64,000 nt of DNA, taken from assembly GCA_963823655.1 (NCBI GenBank), contig CAWGMK010000013.1, positions 448,001 through 512,000 of the forward strand, read 5' to 3'. The notes beneath the pieces are model-generated. The model had not been told where the DNA came from. It ran no database searches and saw only the letters and a program-made list of their open reading frames with translations. Shown here piece after piece: positions 40,804 through 55,209 of this stretch. The stretch's first letter is position 1. The number at the start of each line of letters is the position of its first letter. The DNA comes from an uncultured Bacillota bacterium (GTDB lineage: Bacteria > Bacillota > DTU025 > MWDF01). A program made the position numbers and the translations under genes.

Positions 40804-43800
40804 CTATTGCCTTACTGAGTATTCTTTGAGGGATCTTACTCCGAGAGGGGCTTTGCCGCCCTTCTCCTTTACATGCCCGATGACATCTAGAAGGCCCTTT
40901 GCAGTATCCAGCGAAGTAAGGCAGGGTATGTTGAACTCAACGGCCGCCCTTCTTATCCTGAAGCCGTCTTTCAGGGGCTGCTTGCCCTTAGCCGGCGCGT
41001 TGATTACAAGGCTTACCGTACCTTCCCTGATGAGCTCCAGCACGTCCTTGCCGCCGGATCCTATCTTGCCCACCTCGAAGACCTTAAGGCCCCTTTCTGT
41101 CAAAAACTTCGCTGTTCCGGAAGTAGCCCAGACCGAGAAGCCCATCTCTGCGTAACCGCGGATGATCGGCAGAGCCTCCTCCTTGTCCTTGTCGGCAAGA
41201 GTGGCAAGTATCGATCCGGTTTCGGGTATCTTGTAGCCCGCCCCCATGAAGGCCTTCATCAGCGCCTTCTTGAAATCCTTGTCGAGGCCTATGACCTCGC
41301 CTGTGGATTTCATCTCGGGGCCCAAAGACACTTCCACGTCCGTGAGCTTGTTGAAGGAGAACACTGGCATCTTAACAGCGTAAACCCCTGCTTCCTCCCA
41401 CAGCCCGCCCTTGTAGCCCAGCTGCTGGAGCGTGCTTCCAAGGGAAATCGCCGTGGCCAGCTTCACCATCGGAATGCCCGTGACCTTGCTCATGAAGGGC
41501 ACCGTCCGGCTCGCCCTGGGGTTGACCTCGATTATGTAGACCTTGCCCTTGTGGATTACGTATTGAACGTTCATGAGCCCTTTAACCTTCAGGGCCCGGG
41601 CAAGCCTCACGGTTGTGCGCACGATTTCGTCCTTCTCCTCTTGCAGCAGGTTTGAGGTAGGATAGATCGCCGTGCTGTCGCCTGAGTGCACGCCTGCGCG
41701 CTCCTGGTGTTCCATTATGCCGGGTATAAGCACTTCGACCCCGTCGCTCACCGCGTCGACCTCGACTTCCCTGCCAATGAGGTATCTGTCCACAAGCACG
41801 GGATGGTCATTGGACACTTTCACGGCCTCTGTCAGGTATTCCTCCAGGTCCTGCTCGTTGAAGACTATCTCCATGGCCCTGCCGCCGAGCACATAAGACG
41901 GCCTGACAAGCACCGGGAAGCCCAGCTGGGCAGCTATGCCCTTCGCCTCCGAGCGGGATCTGGCCATGCGCCCCGCAGGCCTTGCGAAACCGAGCTCCTC
42001 TAGCAGCTCGTCGAACTTCTCCCTGTCCTCGGCCGCGTCAATGTCCTCCACGCTAGTGCCCAGTATCTCAACACCGTGCGCCGCAAGAGGGCCTGCGAGG
42101 TTTATCGCCGTCTGCCCTCCGAACTGCACCATCACGCCCATGGGCTTCTCGTTGTCGATTATATCCAGGACATTCTCCAGCGTAAGGGGCTCGAAATAGA
42201 GCCTGTCGGATGTGTCCGGGTCAGTTGAGACCGTCTCCGGGTTGGAGTTGATGATTATCGACTCATAACCCATGCCCTTCAGTGATACCGAAGCTTGCAC
42301 CGAGCAGTAGTCGAACTCCACCCCCTGCCCGATCCTTATCGGGCCGGAGCCCAGCACGACTACCTTCTTCCTGTCTGTGGGCTTTGCCTCATTCGTCTCG
42401 CCGTAAGCTGAGTAGAAATAGGGGGTCCTTGCGTCGAACTCTCCGGCGCAGGTGTCCACCATGTGGTAGCACGGGGCAAGCCCGCGGCGCAGCCTCTGCT
42501 GCCTGAGCTCGTCTTCCGTGCAGTTTAGAAGCTTTGAGAGCTGGTAGTCCGAGAAGCCGCACTTCTTGGCCTTCAGCCAATCCTCCTGCGTCCACTTGTG
42601 TTTCGTGGCGAGCACGCCCTCAAGCCAGACTATATGCTCGATGTTGTCCAGGAAGAAAACATCTATTCTAGTGGCCTTGTGTATCTGCTCGATACTTACT
42701 CCGCGCCTTAAGGCCTCCGCGATGGCGAACATCCTCTCGTCGTCGCCGCGGTCCATCTTCTCCATCAGCTGCTGGAGGCTCATCTTCTCCATCTCGGGCA
42801 CTAGAAGCCCCGTGAAGCCCGCCTCAAGCGAGCGTACGGCCTTAAGGAGTGCAGCCGGGAAGTTCCTGCCGAGCGCCATTACTTCGCCTGTGGCTTTCAT
42901 CTGCGAACCCAGCTTCCTGCCCGCCCCCCTGAACTTGTCGAATGGCCAGCGCGGGACCTTCGCCACAACGTAGTCGACCGACGGCTCGAACATGCAGGAG
43001 GTGTTTCCCGTTACGTCGTTTACTATCTCGTCTAGACAGAGCCCGAGCGCTATCTTCGACGCCACCCTGGCTATCGGGTATCCTGTCGCCTTTGAGGCCA
43101 AAGCGGAAGACCTGCTGACCCTGGGGTTAACCTCGATGAGGTAATAGGCCGCGCTGTCGGGGTCGAGCGCATACTGTATGTTGCAACCGCCCTCTATCTT
43201 CAATGCCCTGATTATCCTTATAGCCGAGCTCCTTAGCATCTGATAGTCCCGGTCAGAGAGGGTCTGGGTGGGGGCGACCACTATGCTATCGCCTGTATGT
43301 ATGCCTACGGGGTCCACGTTTTCCATCGAGCAGACCACGATGCAGTTGTCCTTGGAGTCCCTGATTACCTCGAACTCTATCTCCTTCCAGCCCGCGACGC
43401 TCCTTTCGATGAGAAGCTGCTTGTTCATGGAGTATATCAGGCCTTTGGACGCGACTTGCACCAATTCCTCGGGGTTGGACGCGAAACCGCCGCCTGTGCC
43501 GCCCAGCGTATATCCGGGGCGCACTATGAGCGGATAGCCAAGCCTCTCGGCAAGCTCAAGCGCACCTTCCACGCTGTCAACTATGCCGCTGCCCGGCACA
43601 GGCTCTCCGAGCTGCTGCATGGTTTCTTTGAAAAGCTCCCTGTCCTCGGCCCTTTGTATCGAATCTACCGGCGTGCCTAATAGCCTCACTCCGTATTTCG
43701 CCAGCACCCCGCGCCGGTCCAGCTCGACAGCCATATTTAGCCCCACCTGGCCTCCCAGCGTGGGCAGGAACCCGTCGGGCCTCTCCTTCTCGATGATCTC

Positions 43801-44025
43801 TTCAACAGCTTCGGGTGTTATCGGCTCCAGGTACACCTGGTCCGCCATGTCGATGTCGGTCATTATCGTGGCGGGGTTGGAGTTTACAAGGACTACGCTT
43901 ACGCCTTCCTCCCTCAAGGAGCGGCAAGCCTGCGAGCCTGCATAATCGAACTCCGCCGCCTGGCCTATGACGATGGGTCCCGAGCCTATCACCAATACCT
44001 TCTTTATCGAGTTATCTCTTGGCAT
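40804..44025 (-). CDS. carB: Carbamoyl-phosphate synthase large subunit
   Basis: [15 protein letters not shown]; duplicated ATP-grasp domains; MGS domain. Confidence 0.97.
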   Translation of the reverse strand: MPRDNSIKKVLVIGSGPIVIGQAAEFDYAGSQACRSLREEGVSVVLVNSNPATIMTDIDMADQVYLEPITPEAVEEIIEKERPDGFLPTLGGQVGLNMAVELDRRGVLAKYGVRLLGTPVDSIQRAEDRELFKETMQQLGEPVPGSGIVDSVEGALELAERLGYPLIVRPGYTLGGTGGGFASNPEELVQVASKGLIYSMNKQLLIERSVAGWKEIEFEVIRDSKDNCIVVCSMENVDPVGIHTGDSIVVAPTQTLSDRDYQMLRSSAIRIIRALKIEGGCNIQYALDPDSAAYYLIEVNPRVSRSSALASKATGYPIARVASKIALGLCLDEIVNDVTGNTSCMFEPSVDYVVAKVPRWPFDKFRGAGRKLGSQMKATGEVMALGRNFPAALLKAVRSLEAGFTGLLVPEMEKMSLQQLMEKMDRGDDERMFAIAEALRRGVSIEQIHKATRIDVFFLDNIEHIVWLEGVLATKHKWTQEDWLKAKKCGFSDYQLSKLLNCTEDELRQQRLRRGLAPCYHMVDTCAGEFDARTPYFYSAYGETNEAKPTDRKKVVVLGSGPIRIGQGVEFDYCSVQASVSLKGMGYESIIINSNPETVSTDPDTSDRLYFEPLTLENVLDIIDNEKPMGVMVQFGGQTAINLAGPLAAHGVEILGTSVEDIDAAEDREKFDELLEELGFARPAGRMARSRSEAKGIAAQLGFPVLVRPSYVLGGRAMEIVFNEQDLEEYLTEAVKVSNDHPVLVDRYLIGREVEVDAVSDGVEVLIPGIMEHQERAGVHSGDSTAIYPTSNLLQEEKDEIVRTTVRLARALKVKGLMNVQYVIHKGKVYIIEVNPRASRTVPFMSKVTGIPMVKLATAISLGSTLQQLGYKGGLWEEAGVYAVKMPVFSFNKLTDVEVSLGPEMKSTGEVIGLDKDFKKALMKAFMGAGYKIPETGSILATLADKDKEEALPIIRGYAEMGFSVWATSGTAKFLTERGLKVFEVGKIGSGGKDVLELIREGTVSLVINAPAKGKQPLKDGFRIRRAAVEFNIPCLTSLDTAKGLLDVIGHVKEKGGKAPLGVRSLKEYSVRQ

Positions 44026-45103
44026 ACAGGCCACCTCTTTCGTCCATAAGCTCCGAGAATTTTATGAAAAGGCCTGCTGTGTCCCCGGGGCCCGGGAAGG
44101 CCTCCGGATGGAACTGCACGGAGAATACAGGAAGCTCCTTGTGTCGCATACCCTCCACAGTGCCGTCATGCAGGTTGTAATGCGTAATCTTCCAGTCGCG
44201 GGCAAGACCGTCCGGATCCAGCGCGTAGCCGTGGTTTTGCGAAGTTATGTAGCACTTGTCGGACTCGGTGTCCTTCACAGGATGGTTGCACCCTCTGTGG
44301 CCGAACTTCATCTTTGCAGCTAAAGCGCCCGTAGCAAGGCCCAGCAGCTGATGGCCAAGGCATATGCCCATGATTGGGGTACCGTTGGACATTATCTCCC
44401 TGATAACCGGCAGGCAGTACTCTACATCGTTCGGGTCTCCGGGCCCGTTGGACAGGAGCACGCCCGAGGGCGAACCCTCCATTACCTCAGCGGCAGAGGC
44501 CCATGCCGGCAGCACCCTGACCCTGTTGCCCGACGCCACCAAAGAGCTGATTATATTGGCTTTTGCTCCGAAATCCATCACGCATACCAGCCGGCTTCCC
44601 TCGCCCACCTCATAGGCCGTCTTTGTGGATACGGTCTTAACAAGCAGCTTCCCGTCGCCGGCCTCAAGGCCCCTTGCCTCCTCGGCAAGGGCTGCAGGGT
44701 CGGCCTCGCATGCGATTATGCCCAACATGGTCCCATTGCGCCTTATGTGCAGGGTAAGCGCCCTTGTGTCCACGCCCTTCATGCCTACTACGCCGTTTTC
44801 GACGAGGTATGTGTGCAGCTTCTTCTCCGCCCGGTAGTTGGAGGGCTGCCCGCAAAGCTCGGTCACCATGAGCCCTTTCGCGTGGCACCTGTCGGACTGG
44901 ACGTCCTTGGAGTTGGTGCCGTAGTTGCCCGCCATCGGGTAGGTCATGTTTATAAGCTGCCCCTCATATGAAGGGTCGGTAAGCATCTCCTGGTAGCCAG
45001 TCATGCCGGTGTTGAAGACGACCTCCCCGCTCACTCTGCCTGACATGCCTATCGATTTGCCCTTAAAGACGGTCCCGTCCTTCAAGGCCAGATATGCGAT
45101 CAT
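44012..45103 (-). CDS. carA: Carbamoyl-phosphate synthase small subunit
   Basis: [33 protein letters not shown]. Confidence 0.97.
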   Translation of the reverse strand: MIAYLALKDGTVFKGKSIGMSGRVSGEVVFNTGMTGYQEMLTDPSYEGQLINMTYPMAGNYGTNSKDVQSDRCHAKGLMVTELCGQPSNYRAEKKLHTYLVENGVVGMKGVDTRALTLHIRRNGTMLGIIACEADPAALAEEARGLEAGDGKLLVKTVSTKTAYEVGEGSRLVCVMDFGAKANIISSLVASGNRVRVLPAWASAAEVMEGSPSGVLLSNGPGDPNDVEYCLPVIREIMSNGTPIMGICLGHQLLGLATGALAAKMKFGHRGCNHPVKDTESDKCYITSQNHGYALDPDGLARDWKITHYNLHDGTVEGMRHKELPVFSVQFHPEAFPGPGDTAGLFIKFSELMDERGGLYAKR

Positions 45104-46401
45104 ATTCTCACTCTCCTGACTTCTCCGCCCAGCATTACAAGGCTTCCGCCGATTATTGTGGCGTACGGCCAGCCGCTAAGCTTCATGCCCGCGACCGGGC
45201 TGTTCTTTCCCTTCGAAAGGAACTGGGCCGGGGCCGCCTCGTAAGATGCGCCCGGGTCAATTATCGTTATGTCCGCAATCGATCCCGGAGCCAGGCTCGG
45301 CGCCCTCAGCCCGAGCGCTTTGGCGGGACCTGCGGTAAGTCTGGATATGAAGTCAGACGGATGCATGCCAAGGCCAACTACTAGCGCAGTCCACGAAAGC
45401 GCGACGGCAGTCTCGATGCCCGAAATCCCGTTCGGTGCGAGCTTGAACTCCTTGAGCTTCTTCTCGTCCGACCACGGCGCATGGTCCGTGGCTATTACCT
45501 CTATCAGGCCGGATCTTACGGCCTCGGCCACCGCAGCCCTCTCTTTTTCGGACCTGAGCGGCGGGCTTACCTTGGCGTAAGTGTTGTACCCTTCAAGTAG
45601 CTCGTCCGTAAGGGCTATGTGATGCGGCGTGGCTTCAGCGGTGACGTTCGCCCCCAATTCCTTAGCCCAGCGGTACAGCTCGGCCGAAAGCCCTGTGCTT
45701 AGATGCGCCAGATGCAGCCTTCCTCCGGTCCTTATGGCCAGCACCAGGTCCCTTGCCACCATGCACTCCTCTGCCGCCGGGCTAAGGCCCGCAAGTCCGA
45801 GGCGAGTTGCAACGGCTCCTTCCGCTGCCTCCCATTCACCGGCGAGCGCCGGCTCTTCGCAGTGCTCTATGATAGGCTTGCCGACGATCTTGGAATACTC
45901 AAGGGCCCTTCTCATGACCTCCGGGTTAGAGACGGGGCTTCCGTCGTCCGAAAAGGCGACTGCGCCCATCTTCGCCATGCCCCACATCTCGGCCAGCTCC
46001 TCGCCCTTGCGGCCCTTGGTAATCGTCCCTATCGGCATCAGCCTGACATACGCGTCCTGCCTTGCCTTCATCATCATGTACTCGACCATGACGGGGCAGT
46101 CAATCGCCGGTGTCGTATTTGGCATCGGGCATACTGCGGTGAACCCGCCTGCTGCCGCGGCCTTTGTGCCGCTTTCGATTGTCTCGTCCGATGAGCCGGG
46201 CTCCCTCAGGTGGGTATGCATATCGATGAAACCGGGCGCAATTATCTTGCCCTGAGCGTCGATAATCTCGCCGGCATCAGCCTTGAGATCCGCGCCAAAG
46301 CCTATGACAGAGCCGCCCGATATCGCAATGTCGGCTACTAGATCGAGCCCTCTTGCAGGGTCTATTATCCTGCCGCCTTTTATTAGCAGATCGGCTTTCA
46401 T
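45100..46401 (-). CDS. pyrC: Dihydroorotase
   Basis: DMHTHLREPG, MPNT, FSDDG, ATDHAP. Confidence 0.95.
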   Translation of the reverse strand: MKADLLIKGGRIIDPARGLDLVADIAISGGSVIGFGADLKADAGEIIDAQGKIIAPGFIDMHTHLREPGSSDETIESGTKAAAAGGFTAVCPMPNTTPAIDCPVMVEYMMMKARQDAYVRLMPIGTITKGRKGEELAEMWGMAKMGAVAFSDDGSPVSNPEVMRRALEYSKIVGKPIIEHCEEPALAGEWEAAEGAVATRLGLAGLSPAAEECMVARDLVLAIRTGGRLHLAHLSTGLSAELYRWAKELGANVTAEATPHHIALTDELLEGYNTYAKVSPPLRSEKERAAVAEAVRSGLIEVIATDHAPWSDEKKLKEFKLAPNGISGIETAVALSWTALVVGLGMHPSDFISRLTAGPAKALGLRAPSLAPGSIADITIIDPGASYEAAPAQFLSKGKNSPVAGMKLSGWPYATIIGGSLVMLGGEVRRVRI

Positions 46402-47324
46402 CAGCAGCTCCTCCTTATCATCATGTCCAGAAGCGCCATCCTGACGGCGACCCCGCAGCTGACCTGGTAGTTTATCTGTGACTGCGGGCCGTCGGCGGCC
46501 GGCGTCGATATCTCCACTCCCCTGTTTATGGGGGCAGGGTGCATCACCAGGGCCCCTTTTGAGGCCATGGCGATCCTTTCAGGAGTAAGCCCGTAAATCT
46601 TGTGGTATTCGGAAACCGTAGGGAACATGCCGGCCTTCTGCCTTTCCATCTGCACTCTAAGCATCATCACGACATCCGCGCCTTTGAGGGCCTCTTCCAT
46701 CGAGTATGTCAGCTTGCATCCCATCATTTCGGGGCCGTCCGGCATCAGCGTGGGAGGGCCGGCGAATACGACTTCCGCACCCATCTTGGTGAGGCATGCA
46801 GCATTGGCCCGGGCTACCCTGCTATGGGAGACATCGCCGATTATGGCGACTTTCCTGCCCGCTATGCTTCCCAGCTTGTCGAGCATGCACATCAGGTCCA
46901 GCAGCGCCTGAGTGGGATGTTCATGTGAGCCGTCGCCGCCGTTTATTACCGGAGGCTCTACGTAGCTTGCGAAGAGGCCGGATGCTCCGGACATGGGGTG
47001 TCTTATAACAAAAAGGTCCACACCCATCATCTGAAGGGTGAGACCCGTGTCCTTAAGGCTTTCTCCTTTTGTGACGCTCGAAGTTGCGATCTCCACGTTG
47101 AGCACTTCTGCCCCCAGGTACTTGCCTGCCATTTCGAAGGAGCACCTGGTCCTCGTGGAAGGCTCGAAGAAGAGGGTTGCGATGCTTTTCCCCTCGAGCA
47201 GCTTAAGCCGGGCCCCCTGGTCTATAACCTTCGCCTTATAGTAGGACGCCCTCTCCATTATCGATACTATCTGTGCCTTGTCCAGGTCCTGGATGCTTAT
47301 GAGATCGTAAGGCAGCATGCTCAT
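46401..47324 (-). CDS. pyrB: Aspartate carbamoyltransferase catalytic subunit
   Basis: FFEPSTRT, HEHPTQALLD, LRVQMER, MHPAP. Confidence 0.96.
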   Translation of the reverse strand: MSMLPYDLISIQDLDKAQIVSIMERASYYKAKVIDQGARLKLLEGKSIATLFFEPSTRTRCSFEMAGKYLGAEVLNVEIATSSVTKGESLKDTGLTLQMMGVDLFVIRHPMSGASGLFASYVEPPVINGGDGSHEHPTQALLDLMCMLDKLGSIAGRKVAIIGDVSHSRVARANAACLTKMGAEVVFAGPPTLMPDGPEMMGCKLTYSMEEALKGADVVMMLRVQMERQKAGMFPTVSEYHKIYGLTPERIAMASKGALVMHPAPINRGVEISTPAADGPQSQINYQVSCGVAVRMALLDMMIRRSC

Positions 47325-47373
47325 ATCTTCATCCCCTTCTCGTCGGCGAGGCTCCCGTCAGGGCGCAGGACAT

Positions 47374-47470
47374 AAAAAAGCCTGCCGTCCCTTTGAGAGG
47401 TACAGGCAGGCGCATGCTTCTAAGTCACCAGCTCCGCCTTTGCCAGCCTCACAGGACTGAGTTAAAAGCG
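47374..47470 (-). promoter_or_regulatory. PyrR-binding leader and attenuator terminator
   Basis: Minus strand CTTTTAACTCAGTCCTGTGAGGCTGGCAAAGG matches the PyrR ARUCC.G.GAGGYU loop; followed by GCCTGCC...GGCAGGC-TTTTTT. Confidence 0.88.
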
Positions 47471-47487
47471 CGGTCTTTGCTAAAGGA

Positions 47488-47516
47488 ATTATGCCTTCCG
47501 TGGCTTGCTAAGTCAA
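47488..47516 (-). promoter_or_regulatory. SigA-type promoter of the pyr operon
   Basis: TTGACT-17 nt-CATAAT on the minus strand. Confidence 0.7.
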
Positions 47517-47545
47517 GGGAAATTCACGTCGATTCGATGTCAGGC

Positions 47546-48805
47546 TTACGCTTTTCCCTTAATATGGGCGACTATTGCGTCTATAGGCACATCCACCTGG
47601 GTGCCGGTAGCCATTTCCTTCACTGATGCCACGCCCTTTGCGATCTCATCGTCGCCAATAATGGCAACGTAGGCTGCTCCCAGCTTGCCGGCGTATTTCA
47701 TCTGTGCTTTCAGACTTCTTCCCAGGGTGTCGAACTCGGAGGAGATCCCGCTGTCGCGAAGCGCGAACGAGATTTCCATGGCTTTGGCCGCCCCAGACTT
47801 GCCTATGCCCGCTATGAAGGCCCCCAGGGCATCTTCCTGCTCCGCCAGGCCGCCTTGCGCCTTGGCTACTGTAATGAGCCGTTCCATGCCGCAAGCAACC
47901 CCTACAGAGGGTGTGGGAGCCCCTCCCACTTCCTCGATAAGGCCGTCGTACCTTCCGCCCCCGCCGATGGCGTCCTGCGATCCTAGGCCCTCGCAGGTGA
48001 ACTCGAAAGTTGTCTTGGTGTAATAGTCGAGACCTCTTACAAGCCTGGGATCGAGCATGTAGCTTACCCCGAGCGCGTCCAGGTGCGATTTCAGCTGGGA
48101 GAAATGGGTTGAGCATTCCTCGCACAGGAAGTCCTCCACCCTGGGAGGCTCGGGCATTGCCGCCCTGCACTCGGGCGACTTGCAGTCGAGAAGCCTCAAT
48201 GGGTTCGCCTCGAACCTCTTGTTGCATGATTCGCAAAGCTCGCCAAGCTTCGGCCTGTAGGCATCCCTTAGCGCTTCCTTGTAGCCGGGCCTGCACTGAG
48301 GGCATCCTATGGAATTCAGGTGCACTTTAACCTGCTTGATGCCAAGCAGTTTGAAGTAGTCTATGCTGAAGCGGATGATTTCCGCGTCGGCCATGGCGGA
48401 CGCGGAGCCCGTGTACTCTATCCCCATCTGGTGGAACTGGCGGAAACGGCCTGCCTGGGGCCTTTCGTACCTGAACATGGGGCCCATATAGAACAGCTTT
48501 GTCGGCTGCGCTTGGGCGTTCAGGTTGTGCTCCACATATGCCCTCATCACGGGGGCCGTGTTCTCAGGCCTGAGCGTGATGCTCCTGCCGCCCCTGTCGC
48601 TGAAGGTGTACATCTCCTTTTCGACTATGTCCGTGGCCTCTCCCACACCGCGCACGAAAAGCTCCGTATGCTCGAATATGGGGGTCCTTATCTCGGAGTA
48701 GCCGTAAAGTTGGGCGAGCTCCTGCAGCAGCCTTTCGGCCTTCTGCCAGCTTATCGCCTCTTTGTACATTATGTCCTTTGTTCCCCTTGGGGCCGTAATA
48801 TCCAT
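47546..48805 (-). CDS. hisS: Histidyl-tRNA synthetase
   Basis: PRGTKD, LRPENTA, FRYERPQAGR, LVRGLDYY, GGGRYDGL. Confidence 0.97.
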   Translation of the reverse strand: MDITAPRGTKDIMYKEAISWQKAERLLQELAQLYGYSEIRTPIFEHTELFVRGVGEATDIVEKEMYTFSDRGGRSITLRPENTAPVMRAYVEHNLNAQAQPTKLFYMGPMFRYERPQAGRFRQFHQMGIEYTGSASAMADAEIIRFSIDYFKLLGIKQVKVHLNSIGCPQCRPGYKEALRDAYRPKLGELCESCNKRFEANPLRLLDCKSPECRAAMPEPPRVEDFLCEECSTHFSQLKSHLDALGVSYMLDPRLVRGLDYYTKTTFEFTCEGLGSQDAIGGGGRYDGLIEEVGGAPTPSVGVACGMERLITVAKAQGGLAEQEDALGAFIAGIGKSGAAKAMEISFALRDSGISSEFDTLGRSLKAQMKYAGKLGAAYVAIIGDDEIAKGVASVKEMATGTQVDVPIDAIVAHIKGKA

Positions 48806-48884
48806 CGTCGACGCACCTCTTGCTTAGTATATAAGTCGCTGGACGGGTTTCCCCGCCCAGCTTAACTACTGCTACTAGTATTTG

Positions 48885-50046
48885 TTACGGAGTTGTGGTC
48901 GTATCCGTCTCGTTCTGCGCCGCCGCCTCTTCCTCCTGGACCTTCAGCGCCTCGGTTACCGCCTGCATGAACCTCTCGTTGATCTTCGTGGTGTCCATGC
49001 CGTCGGCCTTCATGTCCTCGATGACATAGTTTATGGTCTGGAGCACTCCGATGTTCGTGCCGGCCAGCTTGATTGCAGATTCAATGTCAGCATAAGTCGC
49101 ATCGTCGAGCTTCTGCATCGCGTTGATCTCGGCCCTGGTCAGGTAAATGGTGAAGTCCTCACCGATTTCCATTGCCTTGCCGATGCTTATCATCGCATCC
49201 TCATAAGTGCCCTTCTTGGCCTGAGCAATCGCCAGGCTGCACCAGAGGTACGGGTCCTGCTCGCTCTCCTTAAGAGCTGCCTTGTAGAACCCGATGCTGC
49301 CGTCGAAGTCCTCCGCCTCAAGTGCGCGGTATCCGAGCACCCTTGCGTCCTTCACTTCGATCTTGTCTGCGGCTTCGGCTTCTGCGCGCAATTTGGCGAC
49401 GTACTCATCAGTCGCCGTCCTCTTGCGCTCATATTCAAGCGTGCTGACAATCTCTTCTTTGATGTCTTCCAGCACAAGGGCTGGAATTGGATGCCTTGCG
49501 CCTGTCGAACTCGGTCTGGATCTCGGCGTCGGTGACGGGAGTATACTCCGCCTTCAGGCTGATATATGTGTCATACAGGGTGTTATCCGCAACATATGTC
49601 CTGAATGTGCTCTCGGTGAACGCCCAGTTGTTTAGGAAGCTTGTCCAATTGTCCTCGCTTCCGGCGGATATCGATTCCTTCTGCTCTGCAACGGCGGCGT
49701 CGATCACCTCTTTGGAGAGGTTGACCCTCTCTGCCGCAGCGGCTGCAAGGACCAATTCCTTGTCGACTACCATGTCGATGACTGATGAGCGCAACTTGTC
49801 GAGCTGATCGTACCTTACTGCCCCGAACTGGCTTCTAAGCTGCAGCTGGCTGATATATTCACGCTCGTACTCAAGCCTTGTTATCTTCCTGCCGCTGGCT
49901 ACTGCGGATATGGCGCTCCAGTATTTATCGGTTCCTGCTGTACCGCCGCTGCCCTGGAACAGGCCGGGAAGTACCATTGCGAGCACCAATACTGCTGCCA
50001 AAACCACTATTATTGCCCCTGCGTTCTTGCGCATCTTAATCATCAA
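48885..50046 (-). CDS. SurA N-terminal-like chaperone domain + TPR protein, membrane-anchored (frameshift near 49470)
   Basis: MRK + TM anchor, VDKELVLAAA, VTDAEI...F, LEDIKEEI; TPR-like C-terminus. Confidence 0.65.
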
Positions 50047-50124
50047 TCGAGTAGCCCCCAGTCATCTTTACAGAATCTATAGTATTGTAATCTAAAATAT
50101 CCCATTAGTCAATGCTTACCCAGC

Positions 50125-50778
50125 TTAAATGCTATTTAATAGGGCTGTTACCCTGTCTTTTTCCCTGCCTACGGAGGTCTCGGGCCCATGCCCCGGCAAT
50201 ACCCTCGTTTCGTTTGGAAGCGTAAACAACCTGTTTATTATCGAGTTTCTCAGCTCCTGTGCGCTTCCGCCGACAAGGTCCGTCCTACCGACACTAGCAA
50301 AGAATAACGTATCGCCGGAGAAAAGCGTCGCATATTCCGGAAGGTAATAGCTGACCCCGCCCTCCGAGTGCCCGGGCGTGTTCACCACCCGCACCACGAT
50401 GCCCGAGAAATCAAGCTCCTCGCCGTCTTCAAGCATGACGTCCGCCGCCCTGAAACCCTCAGGTTTATTGGCCAGCAGGCCGAACTCGTCTTTAGGTGCC
50501 AGCATCCTGGGCGCGTCTTTCTTTCCTGCATATACCGTAGCCCCCGTTTCCTCACGAAGCTCGCCGACGGCGCCGATATGGTCGGGATGGAAATGCGTTA
50601 CCAATATTGCGTCCAGTCCAAGCCCCATGCCGAACAACTTTCCGAGGACTTTAGCCTCGTTTGCGCCCGGATCCACCACGAATGCCCTGTCAGATCCCTT
50701 GATGCTTACAATATAGCAGTTGGTCTGTATCGGCCCTACCAGCAGCCTTACTACTTCTAATCCCACACCACACCTCAA
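50125..50778 (-). CDS. MBL-fold hydrolase (glyoxalase II/YqgX-like)
   Basis: [27 protein letters not shown]. Confidence 0.9.
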   Translation of the reverse strand: MRCGVGLEVVRLLVGPIQTNCYIVSIKGSDRAFVVDPGANEAKVLGKLFGMGLGLDAILVTHFHPDHIGAVGELREETGATVYAGKKDAPRMLAPKDEFGLLANKPEGFRAADVMLEDGEELDFSGIVVRVVNTPGHSEGGVSYYLPEYATLFSGDTLFFASVGRTDLVGGSAQELRNSIINRLFTLPNETRVLPGHGPETSVGREKDRVTALLNSI

Positions 50779-51224
50779 AATTGCCTGCTGCTGTCGAGCA
50801 GGATGGTTACAGGCCCGTCGTTAATCAGCTCCACGTCCATATGCGCCCCGAATTCGCCGGATCGGACTTCAAAGCCCTTCTCCCTGAGCTTTTGCATAAA
50901 AGCCTCGTACAGCAGGTTGCCGAGCTGGGCGCCCGCAGCCTCCGTAAATGAGGGCCTCCTGCCGCCCCTTGCGTCCCCATAAAGGGTGAACTGCGACACG
51001 ACCAGCACCGAGCCTCCGACATCAACAAGCGACAAGTTGAACTTGCCCGCCTCGTCAGTGAAGATCCTCAGGCCGGCGACTTTGTCCGCCATATATTGCG
51101 CTTCCTTGTCGGTGTCCTCGCGAGATACTCCGAGCAATACCAGGTAACCTGCTTGTATCTCACCGGTGATCCTGCCATCTACTTTGACCGACGCTGACTT
51201 AACCCTCTGTATGACAGCTCTCAT
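50775..51224 (-). CDS. dtd: D-aminoacyl-tRNA deacylase
   Basis: [19 protein letters not shown]. Confidence 0.96.
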   Translation of the reverse strand: MRAVIQRVKSASVKVDGRITGEIQAGYLVLLGVSREDTDKEAQYMADKVAGLRIFTDEAGKFNLSLVDVGGSVLVVSQFTLYGDARGGRRPSFTEAAGAQLGNLLYEAFMQKLREKGFEVRSGEFGAHMDVELINDGPVTILLDSSRQF

Positions 51225-51231
51225 ATGCAGA

Positions 51232-53370
<2,139 letters not shown>

Positions 53371-53380
53371 CCTTGCGGCC

Positions 53381-55118
53381 TCAATTTCCGCGCGGCACGT
53401 CTGGGCTGTGCCTTATGTCGCGAAGTACCAGCTGGAGGTACTCATTGCTGTTGTATCTGGATATATCCATCACATAAGCGACGTCTACCGGATACTTGCC
53501 GTCGCTGAAATCATCTATCCTGCTGCCCATATTGTAGCCGATCGCGCTGAGCATTACGCCCTCCCTGGAAAGCCTCATCCTGAGGTGCTTCCCATCGTTG
53601 CCGACCGTGCGAATGTCGTTGATCTCTAGCTTGTTGGTCACGAATACGGGCTCAGGATTGGAGAGTCCGTAGGGCTGCAGCATGCTGATCTCCCTGGCAA
53701 GTTCCAAAGTAACCCTCTGGGGCCTGAGCACCGCGTCCACCTTCAGCACGGGGCTGAGCTGGCTTGCGATTATCTGCTGCGAGGCTACGAAGTTGATCTT
53801 CTCCTTGAAGATATCCACCATGTTGGACTTCAGCGTAAGGCCTGCCGCCTGGGCGTGCCCCCCGAAACGTATGAGGCAGTCGGAGCACTCGGTAAGCGCC
53901 GCATGAAGGTCGAATTCCGCCTATGCTCCTGCCGGAGCCCCTTCCCTCGCCGTTGGCAAGGGAGATGAGTATCGCCGGCCTATTGTAGCTCTCCACCATC
54001 CTTGATGCTACAATGCCTACCACGCCCTGATGCCAGCCCTCGGAGGCGAGCACGATCACATTGAGGGAGTTTATGTCCTGCTCCTCAAGCAGGTTCACGG
54101 CCTGCTCGGCGATTACAGCTTCTATCTCCTGGCGCCTTCTGTTCTCATCGGCCAGCATGGAGGCAATTTCTGCCGCCCTGAACTGGTCGTCGGTCAAGAA
54201 TAGCTCCACGGCGACTGCGGCGTCGCCCAGCCTTCCTACGGCATTAAGCCTGGGAGCCAGCGTGTAGCTTATGTTGGTCGCGGACAGCGGCCTTCCGTAC
54301 AGGTTGCAGCTTTCCAGGAGGCTCGACAGCCCCGGGTTGTCGGTCTGCGTCATCTGCCGCATCCCGAAATATGCTATGGCCCTGTTCTCGCCAACCAGAG
54401 GCACCATATCCGCTATGGTACCCAGGGAGACAAGGTCGATGTATTTCAGCGGGTCGATGGAAGCATCCGCCCCCATTAGGCTGTGCACGGCCTGGCAGAG
54501 CTTGAAAGCCACGCCAACGCCGGCTAGCGTATCCTGCCCGAGGCTGTCGGTCATAAGCTTCGGGTTCACCACCGCCGTACACTTCGGTATGTTCTCGCCG
54601 GGCTGGTGATGGTCCGTGATTATTACATCTATGCCCAGTTCCTTAGCCCTTTCGACCTCGTCGTACGCGCCGATTCCGCAATCTACCGTCACAAGAAGCC
54701 TGATGCCTGCCGAGGCTGCCTGCTCGATCGCCTCAATGTTAATGCCGTAGCCCTCCTCGAGCCTCTTCGGTATGTAGGACTGCACCTCGGCGCCGTGCTC
54801 GATAAGGCATCTCATAAGAGTCGCCGTAGCAGTTATGCCATCAACATCGTAATCGCCGTAGACCATGATCTTCTCATGGGCGTATATGGCTTTTAGTATC
54901 CTGGTCGCCGCCTTCTTCATGTCCGGCAGCTCCATACAATCCGATATATGCGCAAGCGACGGGTTTAAAAAACGCTGCACGTTCTCGAAATCCGTTATAC
55001 CGCGGTTGAACAGGAGGCCCGCCATGGTCTCTGTAACGCCGAAAAGCCGTGCATGCTCCTTGCGCTGCGCGACATCCAACTCGTTCCTGAGCTCCCATTT
55101 CTTCCTGGCTCTGGCCAT
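53381..55118 (-). CDS. recJ: ssDNA exonuclease RecJ (frameshift near 53915)
   Basis: GDYDVDG, TVDCG, TDHH, GTIADMV, GSGRS; GGHAQAAG and PYG..NPEP in a shifted frame. Confidence 0.93.
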
Positions 55119-55209
55119 TTAGGGCCTCCTTGCTTCATGTCTAACATTATAAATATATCATAATAGCCCCCGGCCATTCACATCGATATGCGCATTATGC
55201 CGATATCGA

